A DNA stretch of 64,000 bases, from the NCBI RefSeq assembly GCF_963853765.1, contig NC_088855.1:45198001-45262000 (forward strand). Reading direction: 5' to 3'. This document shows positions 1 to 23,852 of the stretch, one piece after another; positions within the stretch are counted from its first letter, which is position 1; each line of letters starts with the position of its first letter. Under the pieces are notes generated by a model. That model searched no databases. It saw nothing but the letters and a program-made list of their open reading frames with translations, and was not told the DNA's origin. Both the position numbers and the translations under genes were made by a program. This DNA is from Magallana gigas (Eukaryota).

Positions 1-3000
1 GGTAATTACAAATATCATCAACCAAGAATTTACATCTTTAAAAGCAGTCATTTGATCGGCAAGCCAAAGAGACAGCCCTGATTCCTAACAAAACAGTTTT
101 AAATTTGAGCAAAAAGTATATTTCAACAATCAACATTTAATCAAATGTTTCAGTCAGAATACTTTAAAAGGCTGTATCATGTAGTCCATACCGTACATGC
201 TTTGGCTAAAGCAAATCCCCCGCCCAGCAAAAGAGTTATATTCCAAGGCATGCGCGCTGCAACCGTTTTCCAGTCTAGTAAACTTGGAATTTCCATGACG
301 TCATCAAGAGGATTACCTGCAAAAATTGATTTTGTCTCGACCTTCTCTGGTGTCTGTTACCTCCGACATTAGTCGCTGCGGCACATATTTATCCTCATGA
401 ATACGTGTAAACATTGTTTGAAAATTAAGATTTGTAATTAAGAAGATGAAATTAACCCCTCTCTCTCTTTCTGCTGGGAAACATGAACAAACTGGTCATA
501 ATCATCACAGCAGGAACTGAATCTCCAATATACCTTGATGTAATTGATAAATGAAACAGTAAATCATAGCACATAACTTTTAACAATGTGAGTTAGCAAT
601 GCCTTGTTACATTTACAACACCTAATCTAATAAATGTGGTTTAAGGCCATCATAATGAATTATTTATATACATGTGTTACCCATGTTAGTACGCAAATAT
701 GGAGTTTGTTCATCATTGCTTTTCTCTACAAAAAAATTACCCATCTTTGAAGAGAGAGCCCCAGCCAGGAATAAACTCTGGTTCCCGGGTAAACCATAAA
801 AGGACCATCAAAATGAAGTGAAATAAGACGGCTTTCTCTGCAAATCTGTTATACGAAAAATGTTGTACAAAGCTGATGAATTGAATGTCAAAAACTAATT
901 TTAAAGTATTAAATTTTTAATATGCAAAAATGGCTGTCAACAATTCTATTTAATGGACAATTGAAAATGAGTATGCCGTTGTTTTCGAAAATGGCTGTGA
1001 ACAATTCTAATTAATGGACAATTGAAAATGAGCATGCCGTTGTTTCCAAAAAATGCTGTCAACAATTCTGTTTAATGGACAATTAAAAATGAGCACTAGT
1101 ATGCCGTTGATTTTTTTTTTTATCTTTTTCGTTACATCCATTTTATAATACAAAAAATAAAAGTTGTCTAAAGTTTTTTCCAAAATAAGCTTATTTTACG
1201 TTATATGTCCGAGTTTGTTGTATTCCGTTCTGATTACATCTTGCACTTGGGTAGAATCTTCTCTATAACAACTAAACAGTGGTCTGGAACAAGAAAAGAA
1301 TAATTTTGATACTAGTTAAAAACACATTATTTAAATTTTGTCTTTTATTTGTTTAAACATAATATCATTGCTAGATTATGTTTATAAAATGTGCTCGTGC
1401 ATTGCAAAAGATGGGCTGTGTTAATTTTAATTTTTTTTTGAAAATTGATACATGTATATATGCATACGTCGTCAACGAAATGGAGAACTGGATTTGCATC
1501 TTGATGAAAAGCCTTTTTTTCTTAAAGTATAATCTTGTCCTCTCTTTACTAAATTATGTTTGAATGCATCTGCACAATACTTACTTAACTCCAAAGAAAT
1601 ATATCTGAAGAACCAGCCACGATATAAAGCACGATATCAGAGCAAGAGGAAACCCGAACATGAACCAGGATGTGAAGGTGACAATCGATTGTCCATTAGA
1701 CAGCCTGGTCAATAAAACGAAAGCTTTTAGTTTAACAAATNNNNNNNNNNNNNNNNNNNNNNNNNNNNNNNNNNNNNNNNNNNNNNNNNNNNNNNNNNNN
1801 NNNNNNNNNNNNNNNNNNNNNNNNNNNNNNNNNNNNNNNNNNNNNNNNNNNNNNNNNNNNNNNNNNNNNNNNNNNNNNNNTTTTTAATGACCTTCTTAAT
1901 TGTAAAAATTGTCCACAGAACCCCTCCAGCCTTTTCACAATGCAAAATTCTACAATCCAATAGTTATAAGATACATACCCTGTTATAATTATTTCTTTCG
2001 ACATCCACTGAGAGCAATATGTTAATTTATTTTCATACTTCAATGAACAACATATCTTTTATTGGCATAGAAAAAAATATATTAAGGATATCACTGGCGA
2101 AGATAATCATAACTTTGCACCGTTTACTATAGGGTACAACAGAATAAAAAATAAAATGAAGCAATATCCTTTTTTATTTTCTAAAATAAAAAATGTATGT
2201 AGTAAGAAGATGAGCACGTCGTAAATGAAATTGGTACGATATTTTTTGCAATTCAAATAAAATGTATGTCTTAATAAGGTGTTTTTCTTATACAATATGT
2301 ATACTCTTTTTTCATAAAACTTTTATTAGCCATTTTCAAATGTTGCTAAAAGTATTATTTTACTTTAAAAAAAAAAACAAGTTTTAAATCTATATTTTTA
2401 AAATCAAGTATTATGTGAGAAACACATAACAGTTGTCTTATTATGTATATGGTAATAAAAAAAAAAACAAATTGTAGGGATATAATACAAAAAAGGATTT
2501 CTTACAAAATAAATATAGGAATGCTGAAAGTGAAAGACTTACAAGTCCGCCAGTCCTTTCATCACTAGATTAGGACCCGTACCGGTCAGGGTTCCAATTC
2601 CGCCACAGTTTGCTGCATAACAGATACTCAGGCAAAACGCTTTAGCCAGCTTCTTAGAAGGAGGGTCTAAACTCTCAAAGTCAAAACTGTATTCAGATTC
2701 CTTCTTTTCTGTTTTTACAACTGCATTGCTGTTTCTGAATTTCAATAAAAGTATCGCCCTTGTTATAAGATGAAGGATACGTCAGATGGTTTGATTATTT
2801 AAAAATCGGAAATCAACGATCAGTCTAGCACACGTTTCTTCAAAAAAGGTCGTTGCTGATAGATACATATATATTTACGCTACTGGTTCGATTTTCTTAG
2901 CAAGCATATAAAGGAACCAATCGGGATATGCCATTAGGCTGCAAACGTTGTACGAATATTTATTAAAATGTCAGATACTTAATTTTAACAATAGAAATCT

Positions 3001-6000
3001 TTTTGTATAAAGAGAGAGACCAACTGGCATAGTTTGAGAAAGGCGTAGGTTGTCGTCAGTGGCGACTTTTGTTGCACGACCTCATTTGTCCTCTGTTACA
3101 CAAAGAGGATCAGTAAGTACAAGTAAGTCATTTCATATAACACTGTGTTAATACATGTTTATTGAAAATATCAAGATTTACATTTATTGTGTACGTGTAC
3201 ATGTGTCACCATTTCATTTCAACCTTACTTAGTTTTCATGGAACCATTCTGATGATTGTTTTCGTCTCTGCATTCGATACAAACGCCGTCTTTTTCTAAT
3301 AAGGCCTCTGTCACAGGTTTATCAATACCTTAAAAAGAGAAAAGCTATCTCCGTAAATAACTGATACACATTAATTGTTGTGTGTAAAAAAACTCACATG
3401 AAATTGGCATATCTATCATGTATTGTGCCTAAATTTTAGTCACATATTTTGCTTGACCTGGAGTCTACCTTTATTTCAAGCACAACTTTGCCTCGCATTG
3501 ATTCCTCTGAAGAATTTCTCAAATATCATTAAAGTCTCTACACTTGATTCAAAGTAGAAATATTCACACAAATTTCCTTCAAATTCACAAAATTAAGAAA
3601 GATACTGATACATAATAATTTGTAAAATACAACACTTTGACCCAAAAATTCATTCCCTATTTACATGTGTCATGTACAGAAATTAACCTTCTTTGCTCTC
3701 TTTATGTTTAGTCTCCATGAGCTGGACGAGGACAGCTTGTGCTATGGGAATCATCATGGCGGTTGTAGCAGTGTTGCTTATCCACATGGACAAGAAACAC
3801 GTGATCAGCATGAAACCCAGCATCAACCTGCAAGAACAGGAATGTTTAGTTACAAATTAAACAAGTAATTTGTCAAAGTGTGGTTTTATTTGACAATACA
3901 ATCTGCCTTACTAAAGTAATTTGGTTTTGCATTGCCTTTCAACATACATTTTCAAAAACAGACGTTTTCCAAGTTGAAACGTCAAGTACGCAAAAATAAA
4001 TGTAAGTTTTACACACACCATTTTGGCTGGGATCCCATTGAGAGGAGCAGCCTCAGAGCAATCCGTTTATGTACATTCCATTTTTCTATAGCTATGGCTA
4101 CACTGAGTCCACCAATCATAACAAAGGTAATATTCTGTAAGTAAGTTTAAAAAGCATCAATGCAGAGACCATATCACTATCTATACAAAGACAAAGGGAA
4201 AGAGGGAGAGAGAATGTAAATTTTATATTTATTGCAATCTAATTAGATTGATGCTTATTGTTGATTTAATTCAAATATAATTGAAATATATTCAGAGTAT
4301 CTCTGACTTGAACAGTTCGACATTTATGACAAGCTTCCTCAATGAGTTATGAATTACGTGTACCTTACTTTTAGAATTATGGAAGATCTTTTGTAAAAGG
4401 TTATCTATGACGAGTAATTCAAGAGACAATTAAAATGTTGTTCATTGCTTTTGTACTTATGAAACACATGTGTGTATTGAAAAAATAACACATTCAACAC
4501 TATTGTGCGCAAACCAATTACGAAAGCAAAAGCTTGTAGTTTAAGTCTGAAATTGTAAGCATCCTTTTAATGACAGTCTCTCCATTTTCCAGTCTTACTT
4601 ACATTCGTGTATGTGGACGCCAGCGTCTTGACCTTGCTGACCCCCAACAACGGAAACAAAAATATGGGTAAAAGGGCGGTCACTGCTAAAGGTAGTGCCT
4701 CAGTGATCCAAAATATGGCCATCAAAAGGAGACCATAGGCGCAGTTTCCCATCTACAGAAAAATAATCATATCGTCTCACAATCAAATTATCGTTCAATT
4801 ATTAATTATCAGTAAATGTACTTTTTATTAAGTCTCCCAAACGAAGTTTGGAGACATTGGAGACATTGTTTTTGTACGGTTCTTCTTTTTCCTCTTTCCA
4901 GCTCTGAAAGTATCAGTCCGTCGCGTTTCTCAGAGATGGCTGAACAGAATTGTACAAAACTCTAGGATACGATAGGACTGCATATCTAGATATGCAAACT
5001 GGTTTGATTTTTCTCATTTCGGGTTGACCAACCACTTTTCTGGGGGTCAAAAGGTCGTGGGGTCTAACAATGAACCTAATGGGGAAAATCGTAGACTCTA
5101 TTGTAAATGGTTATAACTTGAAAACGAACAAAGATAATAATATAGGGTTTTCAGAATCATGTTAAAGGCAATATATAGGGTTTATTAGATCTGACCCCTG
5201 GGGTCATCCCCACCCCCACCCCCAGGAATCCCAGGAATTGGAAATGACCATATATCACAGAAACTTGTAGAATCCTAACCCTTAATCCATATATATTCTT
5301 GTCCCATGTGTTAAGGGGCATCAAATGATATGTAGGTCGTGGGCCCAGGGGGTGGTCCTGACCCCCCCTAAAACAATTGCAGCTTCTCGGGCCTTTCCTG
5401 CAAGCTCGGAAAAACATCGCGAATGTATTACCTAGGCGTCCATGATAACCCCCCTTTTTATAGAACTTGATATTGATACAACATATTTTACGATCTGTTG
5501 AAATGTGGGCTATACTTCATTAAAGTAAACGATATACACTAAAATATAACACAAAAGCGACATAAAAGACTGTCTAGCCGATACTTATTTTAATGGGAAG
5601 CGACTCCATTTTGTATAAAATTCTAACATCCGGTGATGTTAATACATTCGAGGTGTTTTTCCGAGCCTGCCAGAAAGGCCCGAGAAGTTGCGATTGCCCC
5701 CTCAAACAGGAAGTGCCCAAAAAACTTGAAAACGGTCGAGATCCCCACCCCATTCTTGTTCCTTGTGTTAAGGGGCATCAAATGGTATATAGGTCATGGG
5801 CCCCGGGGTGGTCCTGACCCCCTCAAACAGGAAGTGCCCGAATATCTTGAAAACGGTCGAAATCCCCACCCCTAAACCATATATATTCTTGTTCCTTGTG
5901 TTAAGGGAAACCACATGGTATGTAGGTCATGGCCCCTGGGGGTGGTCCTGACCCCCTTAAACAGGAAGTGCCCGAATATCTTGAAAACGGTCGAGATCCC

Positions 6001-6603
6001 CATCCCTTAACCATATATATTCTTGTTCCTTGGCTCGTGTTGGTTCACCTGATATATAGTAAAGGACCCCTGGGGAACATCATGAAACTTCAGAAATTTC
6101 TAAATCTTTTTGTCTGTAAAGTTTGACCCATGTGGGTTATCCCTTCTCCCAATGATTGTCTCGTACGTTTGGGAGACTTTATAATCGCCCCGATTATAAT
6201 TACATCTTGTTTCCTTTTGTGTTTCCATTTGTCAAAATCACACTTAATAGACAATGTTGCCAAGGATTATAGCTTTGAATCAGTTGTTGTTTTTTTAAAA
6301 AAGAGTGCCCTTGGGAACTGACGATAACTCTGCAAGGCATCATTAAGAAAACAAGCTTGAGGTAAGTAAATAATTCAGATAATATTCACTAGATGTTTAA
6401 ATGAATCAGAGCGTGAATTTTCTAATTGCAAGCAGGTTTTGGTTAATTTCTTATTTAATACATTGCATGAAAGCTTGTCAAACTGTAAACTAAGCACAAA
6501 CCTGAGACTGCAATGCAATAGGCAAAGGAAGCAACAAAATAGGACTTGTCAGAAAAATAATTTTCCTGAAGTTTCTCCTTATGAACAGCCTTAAACCTCC
6601 CAT
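1..6603 (-). CDS. SLC13: SLC13-family Na+/dicarboxylate (citrate/sulfate) cotransporter, exons 1-12; the 3' end lies outside the window
   Basis: Phase-consistent GT-AG exons on the minus strand: 6502-6603 ([34 protein letters not shown]), 4603-4752 ([26 protein letters not shown]), 4019-4134 ([15 protein letters not shown]), 3688-3827 ([32 protein letters not shown]), 3229-3328, 2543-2734 ([22 protein letters not shown]), 1585-1704, 1200-1283, 741-845 ([13 protein letters not shown]), 457-533, 192-316 ([16 protein letters not shown]), <1-84 (ESGLSLW). These are hallmark SLC13/DASS motifs. The paralogue (A2/A3/A5) cannot be resolved by eye. Confidence 0.95.
927..1110. repeat. About 62-bp tandem repeat, ~3 copies, in SLC13 intron 8
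   Basis: Unit ggctgtcaacaattctatttaatggacaattgaaaatgagtatgccgttg recurs at ~931, ~993 and ~1054. Confidence 0.85.
1741..1880. other. Assembly gap (N run) in SLC13 intron 6
   Basis: 140 consecutive N. Confidence 1.
4822..6201 (+). mobile_element. Non-autonomous Helentron-like (HINE-type) element with internal ~121-134-bp tandem units, in SLC13 intron 1
   Basis: 5' hairpin/subTIR gtctcccaaacgaagtttggagac (4832-4855), matching 3' subTIR cgtttgggagac (6166-6177), then a 3' palindrome ataatcg-ccc-cgattat (6181-6197). T-rich ends. Internal repeats are anchored by aaacaggaagtgccc at 5704, 5825 and 5959. Confidence 0.75.
5374..5696. mobile_element. MITE with ~43-bp or longer TIRs and a 10-bp TSD (Mutator/MULE-like), copy 1, nested in the Helentron-like element
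   Basis: TIR caattgcagcttctcgggcctttcctgcaagctcggaaaaaca ... tgtttttccgagcctgccagaaaggcccgagaagttgcgattg. Flanks ccccctaaaa (5364-5373) and ccccctcaaa (5697-5706) differ at one position. Same family as 30985-31323. Confidence 0.85.
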
Positions 6604-8850
6604 GGTTGTTGGTCAATGCTGTGGTCTGTCTTTGACGCTCTGAAGTGTTAATCTCACTAATTTAGCATCTTGCTTATTCATCGACATATACTAGTATACC
6701 AAGTCTAGCCAAACTCATAGTTGACATTAACCATCTGACAAGTTTAGACGTATATCATGGCCTGGGTTTGCTCATGGACGAGATGTTGAATAAATTAATA
6801 TTAAATATCTGTGGGTTTTCTATTTCCATTTATTCAACAACAGATTTATGACGACATTTCTGACCAGCAGCTGTATTTACTGTTTAAATAAGATTTTCAT
6901 TCTTATTACAAAGGCTTTCTTAATCGATGGCGATCTTCATAAAAACCACCAATTTTCGACAAACCCAAAACAGTATATTCTTGTGTAATATTATGTCCGG
7001 ATGAATGAGACAGGTGGAGGTCAAATTTGTAAAGATGCCTTAAAAATCCGTTCTAGATAGTGTCTGAATAATTGGCCTTCGGGTAAAAGAAATTATACTG
7101 TATATATTATTCGTGAGTAACAAAGACAATTTTTTGGCTTTTAGAAATCATGCTTCAGATCAAGAAAACAGGATTATTGTCAGTGGAGCATTTAGTAGAT
7201 ACGAGTATGTATCTATATGTAAAATATAAAAAAATTAAGTTAAATGATAGATATTTTACCACTTTTCTGTTTAATGCTGGTTTTAAAAGAAGAGAAAACA
7301 ATGTCCCACTTGAATAACAATTTTTGTGTGAATTTTTGAATGTGTTGTATTTTTTTCTGAAATAAAACTGTTATTTTCAGTTTCAGACAGATCCTTCTTC
7401 CGAGTATAATGACTAATACCAAGCATATTTGAAACTAAATAAAAGCATTCTTTAAGGATATTCTGCATGTTCCTCAAGTGATAATACTATATTGGTTAAG
7501 GGGTAAAAGTTAAACAGTCTTATGCTTTCGATATGAGAACGCTTCCAAGCGTAAATAATATCACTTTTTGTAGATGTGGAGGTTTTTTTTAAAAGATTTT
7601 GAGATATATTCCTATATAATTGTATTATCTTGACATAAAATTATTGGTCTAGGGTCACAAATGCCCATATGCATCCTATATATTTCTTGGGAGCAAAATT
7701 TTTCTTCTATTTTATCCCAATGGGAGCCAATAGTTGTTTATTCTAATATACGCTATACTACGATATTTATATTGTTTTATCATAAACTAGTACCCTAGCT
7801 CCAGTAAAGTAGAGCTAAGGTAGTACTACATATCCGTGAAATTCGTTTTTTGAATATTTTCTCAAATACACAAACTAATGAAAAAGTATTTATATAAGTT
7901 ACTCTCAGTTTTACACATTATAAATAACACCTCTAGTGAAAATGAGATATCACGTACATGTATTTTGAACAATAAAAAAACTTCATTTGATTGGCGTTCA
8001 TATATTCTTTATGAATATTAGCCTTCTACCATTAAAGAATTCTCTAGTATTACATAACATGTATTAGTTCAATTACATGTAATTTATTAACGACATTATA
8101 GTAAAGCAACATAAAATTCCCGGAAAGTTGTCATATTTCAACTCTTTTTAAATGCCGATACATCACCTTGTGTCATTACTTCTACAACTAAGCCTTGTGT
8201 ATCCAGTAGGGAGGCCTATACCAAATTGTAAGATGCAGTACTCCTGGTATATGGGTTCTTCGAATAGAGTAATTTTAGCTCACTAAGATAGTCGGGGAGA
8301 TTATGCTACATGCTATACCGTCGGTGTTAATGCCCAGCTTTGTTTTAGTATGTCCTATATTAATTTTTTACTGATCTTTTGCCAAACTTGCTTGGGTGCT
8401 GCATTGGAAATACGCAAGGTCTTAAAGTTTGTACAAGCTTGACATTATGTATCCATTCTGTCCATGTGTCCCTCATAAACACAAAACCTTCATTCATTTA
8501 AAATTTTATTAATTAAAACTTGTTAATAATCATATAACATTGTAATAGTGTAGAAATTATTTTGTATAAAAGAAAATAACAAATCATATACATGTATAAA
8601 TAAATATGTGTAATCATAGTACCCCTTTTGATTACTATAATGTATATAGTTGATATGTATTGTAAATAATATCTTTGGAACTATATGGTAAAAGTTAGAT
8701 CATGTAAGAGCATTTGATTATAGCACCAATTATTGTAATAAATCATACTTGAATAAAATTCCCACAAACAATAACAATAATATCAATCTTTATCATTGAA
8801 CAACAACCTATATATCAATGTCTGAACAACGACATTAATGCTGTGTCTGT

Positions 8851-11619
8851 CTAGTACCAGGGTAGGTGGTTGATATCCACATTGCCCCCACACAGAATGA
8901 CCCCCACATTTCTGAGGGTGGGGTCCATAGCGGCCAATCTCTCTGACATCACAGCAGCAACTCCTGCCCCAGAGGCTGGCTCTATCACCAGCTGTCAAAA
9001 TAAAATTAACAGACATATAATCTACATCACTTCACAGTAGTTAATTGATCATATTTTTCATTTTATTTAGCTTTTAAATTTTTAAAACAAGAAATCCTTC
9101 CCTTTCATGATTTGTGTGATCTTACAAACCATATAGATAATATACACAATACAGTTAAACAGACCTTCATTCTCTCAAAGACAAACTTCATTGCTTTAAC
9201 AATGTCCTCATCTTTCTACAATAAAAACAAAACAAAACATATTAGTTAAGATTTTGTTTATAAAAAGAATCAATTACCCCGTTAAAACTATTTTATTTCA
9301 TCAAATTCATACAACTATCATCTCCATGATTTCAGATAAAAAATCCCAAACCAAAATTACTTTCAATAAACTGGTGGAAAAAAATTTCATAGATCCTTTT
9401 GTTAATGTACACTCAAACGAGTGATATATTTCCCTTACCACAGAGAAGACCTCTTTTTCTACAAGCTCGAGGATGATTGGCCACGTCAGTTCTCCCAGCT
9501 GTTGCAGTCTGATGCCATCAGCAATGGTGTTCAGAAATCTTGGAGGGTTTGGCCAAAGCCTTTCTCCTGGAATTGTTTACACAGAATTATAACCTCTTGC
9601 AAGACCTAGAGAGTGTACAGATACATGTACTTGTTATTTGTCAATCAGAATTAATGCATTTATTGCCAAGATGTTACCTGCTCTAAGACATTCTTCACAC
9701 ATCTTTCCTTCTACTTCAACCATGAACACTAGAAAAGAGAAAAAAAAAAACTTTTATGATTTAAAAAAAAATAAAAATGGGTACCTGTAAGTTAATTCTA
9801 GACAACAAAAGAGATGTATACTACCTAAGACAACCTGCACTTTCTTTAATGCAGCTATTTTGAACGGAAGTTAATAATACTGTATGTGCATGAATAATCA
9901 GATCTAGAGGGAAAGGGGGCCAAGAGTTCCCAACCCCCTTTTTGAAAACCCAAACAAACAAAATGGTCCTTTGGACCTCCCCCCCCCCCCCCCCCCCAAA
10001 AAAAATATTTTGATCCGCATATTACAAGATATCCCAATTGATTGACATAATTGCTACAGCAGCAATACTGACCTTTTATATCTGGTTTGATGGTTTTAGC
10101 TGCTATTGCTATCCCTGAGGTCATTCCCCCACCGCTAACTGGAACCAAGATGGCATCCAGATCTGGAACTTGTTTCAAAAACTCTACTGCTATTGTACCC
10201 TAAAATTCATTAACTTGAAAATAAAATCATATTAAAAAGTAACTTTGAGCAGAGTTTAGAAACGATACATCTTGCTTTTTTTTTTTAACCATAAGTCTAC
10301 CAGTATTACCTGTCCTCCGATAACATCATTGTGATCATACGGTGGAATGATGGTGTAGCCACGCTCTTTGGCCACTCTCTCACATGTCCCTTGTCTGCAA
10401 ATTAACATGAGTTTGAGGAATTAAACTATGCTAAATCCAATCAATGCTTTCAGTTTCATCCAACTAAGAGAATCAACATACGGTAACATATTAGAAAACT
10501 ATATAGCTAAAGTTATTTAAGGTAACTCTTCCATTTTAAGACCACTCTCCAGATGCCAATTATGATGAAAAAGAGACTGCCTTATTGTTTGTCCAATCAT
10601 ATGGCTGTCAATCTGTATGTTTATCTGTCCATCTTTCGAAAGAATCTACATGAATGCATGCACATACCTGTCAGCTGGAGTGGGCTCACAAAACACTAAT
10701 TCTGCACCATAGCCTTCTATAGCCTGGGATTTGATCTTTGGTGAGTTGTTTGGCACCACCACACTACACTTAATGTTGGCTGTCTTGGCAGCCCAGGCCA
10801 AGGCCTGTCCATGATTTCCACTGCTGTGGGTTACCTGTATTCAGGTGAGCAAAGAGAAATGTCATTTAATTTTATAATTTTTTTATTTTCCTTTTCTTTC
10901 ACTAATGATCGAGATTCAATTACTATTGTTGTATGAATGATAAACTTTTAATATACATACAACTCCTCTGACATCTGGATTGCTTGATTTCAATGATATA
11001 ACCTATTAATGAAAAGTGTCACATTATACAATTAATAATTTCAAAGTCAATTAATTAAAGGCAGTGAAATTGTTGTTGCAAAATTCTCCCAAAAAAAAAA
11101 AAAAAAAAAATCAGCCAACTTATTTAATGCTAAGCCATCACATATACATATACAAAATATGTTTATTTCGAAATCAGTATGCAGAATTTTAAGCAAAAAA
11201 AAAAAAATTCAGCAAAAATCATTCAAAAATTTATGATGAAAAAGAGACTGCCTTATTGTTTGTCCAATCATATGGCTGTCAATCTGTATATCGATCTGTC
11301 CATCTTTCGAAAGAATCTACATGAATGCATGCACATACCTGTCAGCAAAAATTATGTTTCACAAAATAAATCTTCAAAAATCTTTAAAAAGTCATGTTTA
11401 ACTGTTTAATATAATCATGATAATACTTGCTGCATTCAATGCCCCTCTGGCTTTAAAAGAGCCTGTCTTTTGCAGATTTTCTGCTTTAAAGAACACATTC
11501 CTTCCAACGATTGAATCAAGGGTAGAACTTGTAAAGTACGGTGTAAAATGAATGTACGGTGAAATCCTTTCATGTGCTTTTTTGATGTCCGAAAGTGCAA
11601 TCTTTATACGGCTTGTCAT
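8851..11619 (-). CDS. SRR: Serine racemase / fold-type II PLP enzyme, 9 coding exons, 326 aa
   Basis: Exons 11431-11619 (FKAENLQKTGSFKARGALNA, PLP lysine; GC donor), 10961-11002, 10668-10834 (VTHSSGNHGQA), 10310-10394 (IPPYDHNDVIGGQ), 10073-10199 (VPVSGGGMTSG), 9678-9728, 9439-9566 (TIADGI), 9165-9215, 8851-8991 (LVIEPASGAGVAA...LCGGNVD, TAG stop). Total 981 nt, in frame throughout. Confidence 0.93.
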
Positions 11620-12011
11620 ATTGCTCTCTACCCTCCTTTCACATTCCCTTACTTAGAGTTATGGCCCTTTGTAGGAAGTCCATCGGGATCGAACTGATGG
11701 ACAATCTCTTTCGTTTTGTTGAAAAGCAATTCTGGTATTTTAAATGTGAAAGGAAAAAGGGAAAACTGAATATATTCATAATTCAAACTCTGTAAGAAGT
11801 TTGTTTTTAATCAATAACAGCAACTAAGACATACTTGTGCTCTTGCATTTTTAAAAATAATTTAGCTTCTTCAAACACCTGAAGAAAAAAATTCGAAGCT
11901 GGCGGTTGGAATGGCCTTGACCTTTCCACTGTTAACAAGTTCTTGCACAGTCGACGATTGCTCACCATAACACAATGATGTTTTGTTGACAACAATGGAT
12001 TACACGTGAGG
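11620..12011. promoter_or_regulatory. Putative bidirectional promoter/5' UTR region shared by SRR and TRIM37
   Basis: The divergent ATGs (11619 on -, 12012 on +) are separated by only 392 bp. TSSs are not determinable from sequence. Confidence 0.6.

Positions 12012-23852
<11,841 letters not shown>

Noticed and set aside
1660-2043. ORFs spanning N runs (also 48336-48672)
   Set aside because: Artefacts of translating through assembly gaps.
2990-3094. Strong-looking acceptor (cttactgatcctctttgtgtaacag) in SLC13 intron 5, a possible extra exon
   Set aside because: The phase-compatible frame reaches TGA after 11 codons and no convincing donor follows. Exons 5 and 6 already join in frame.
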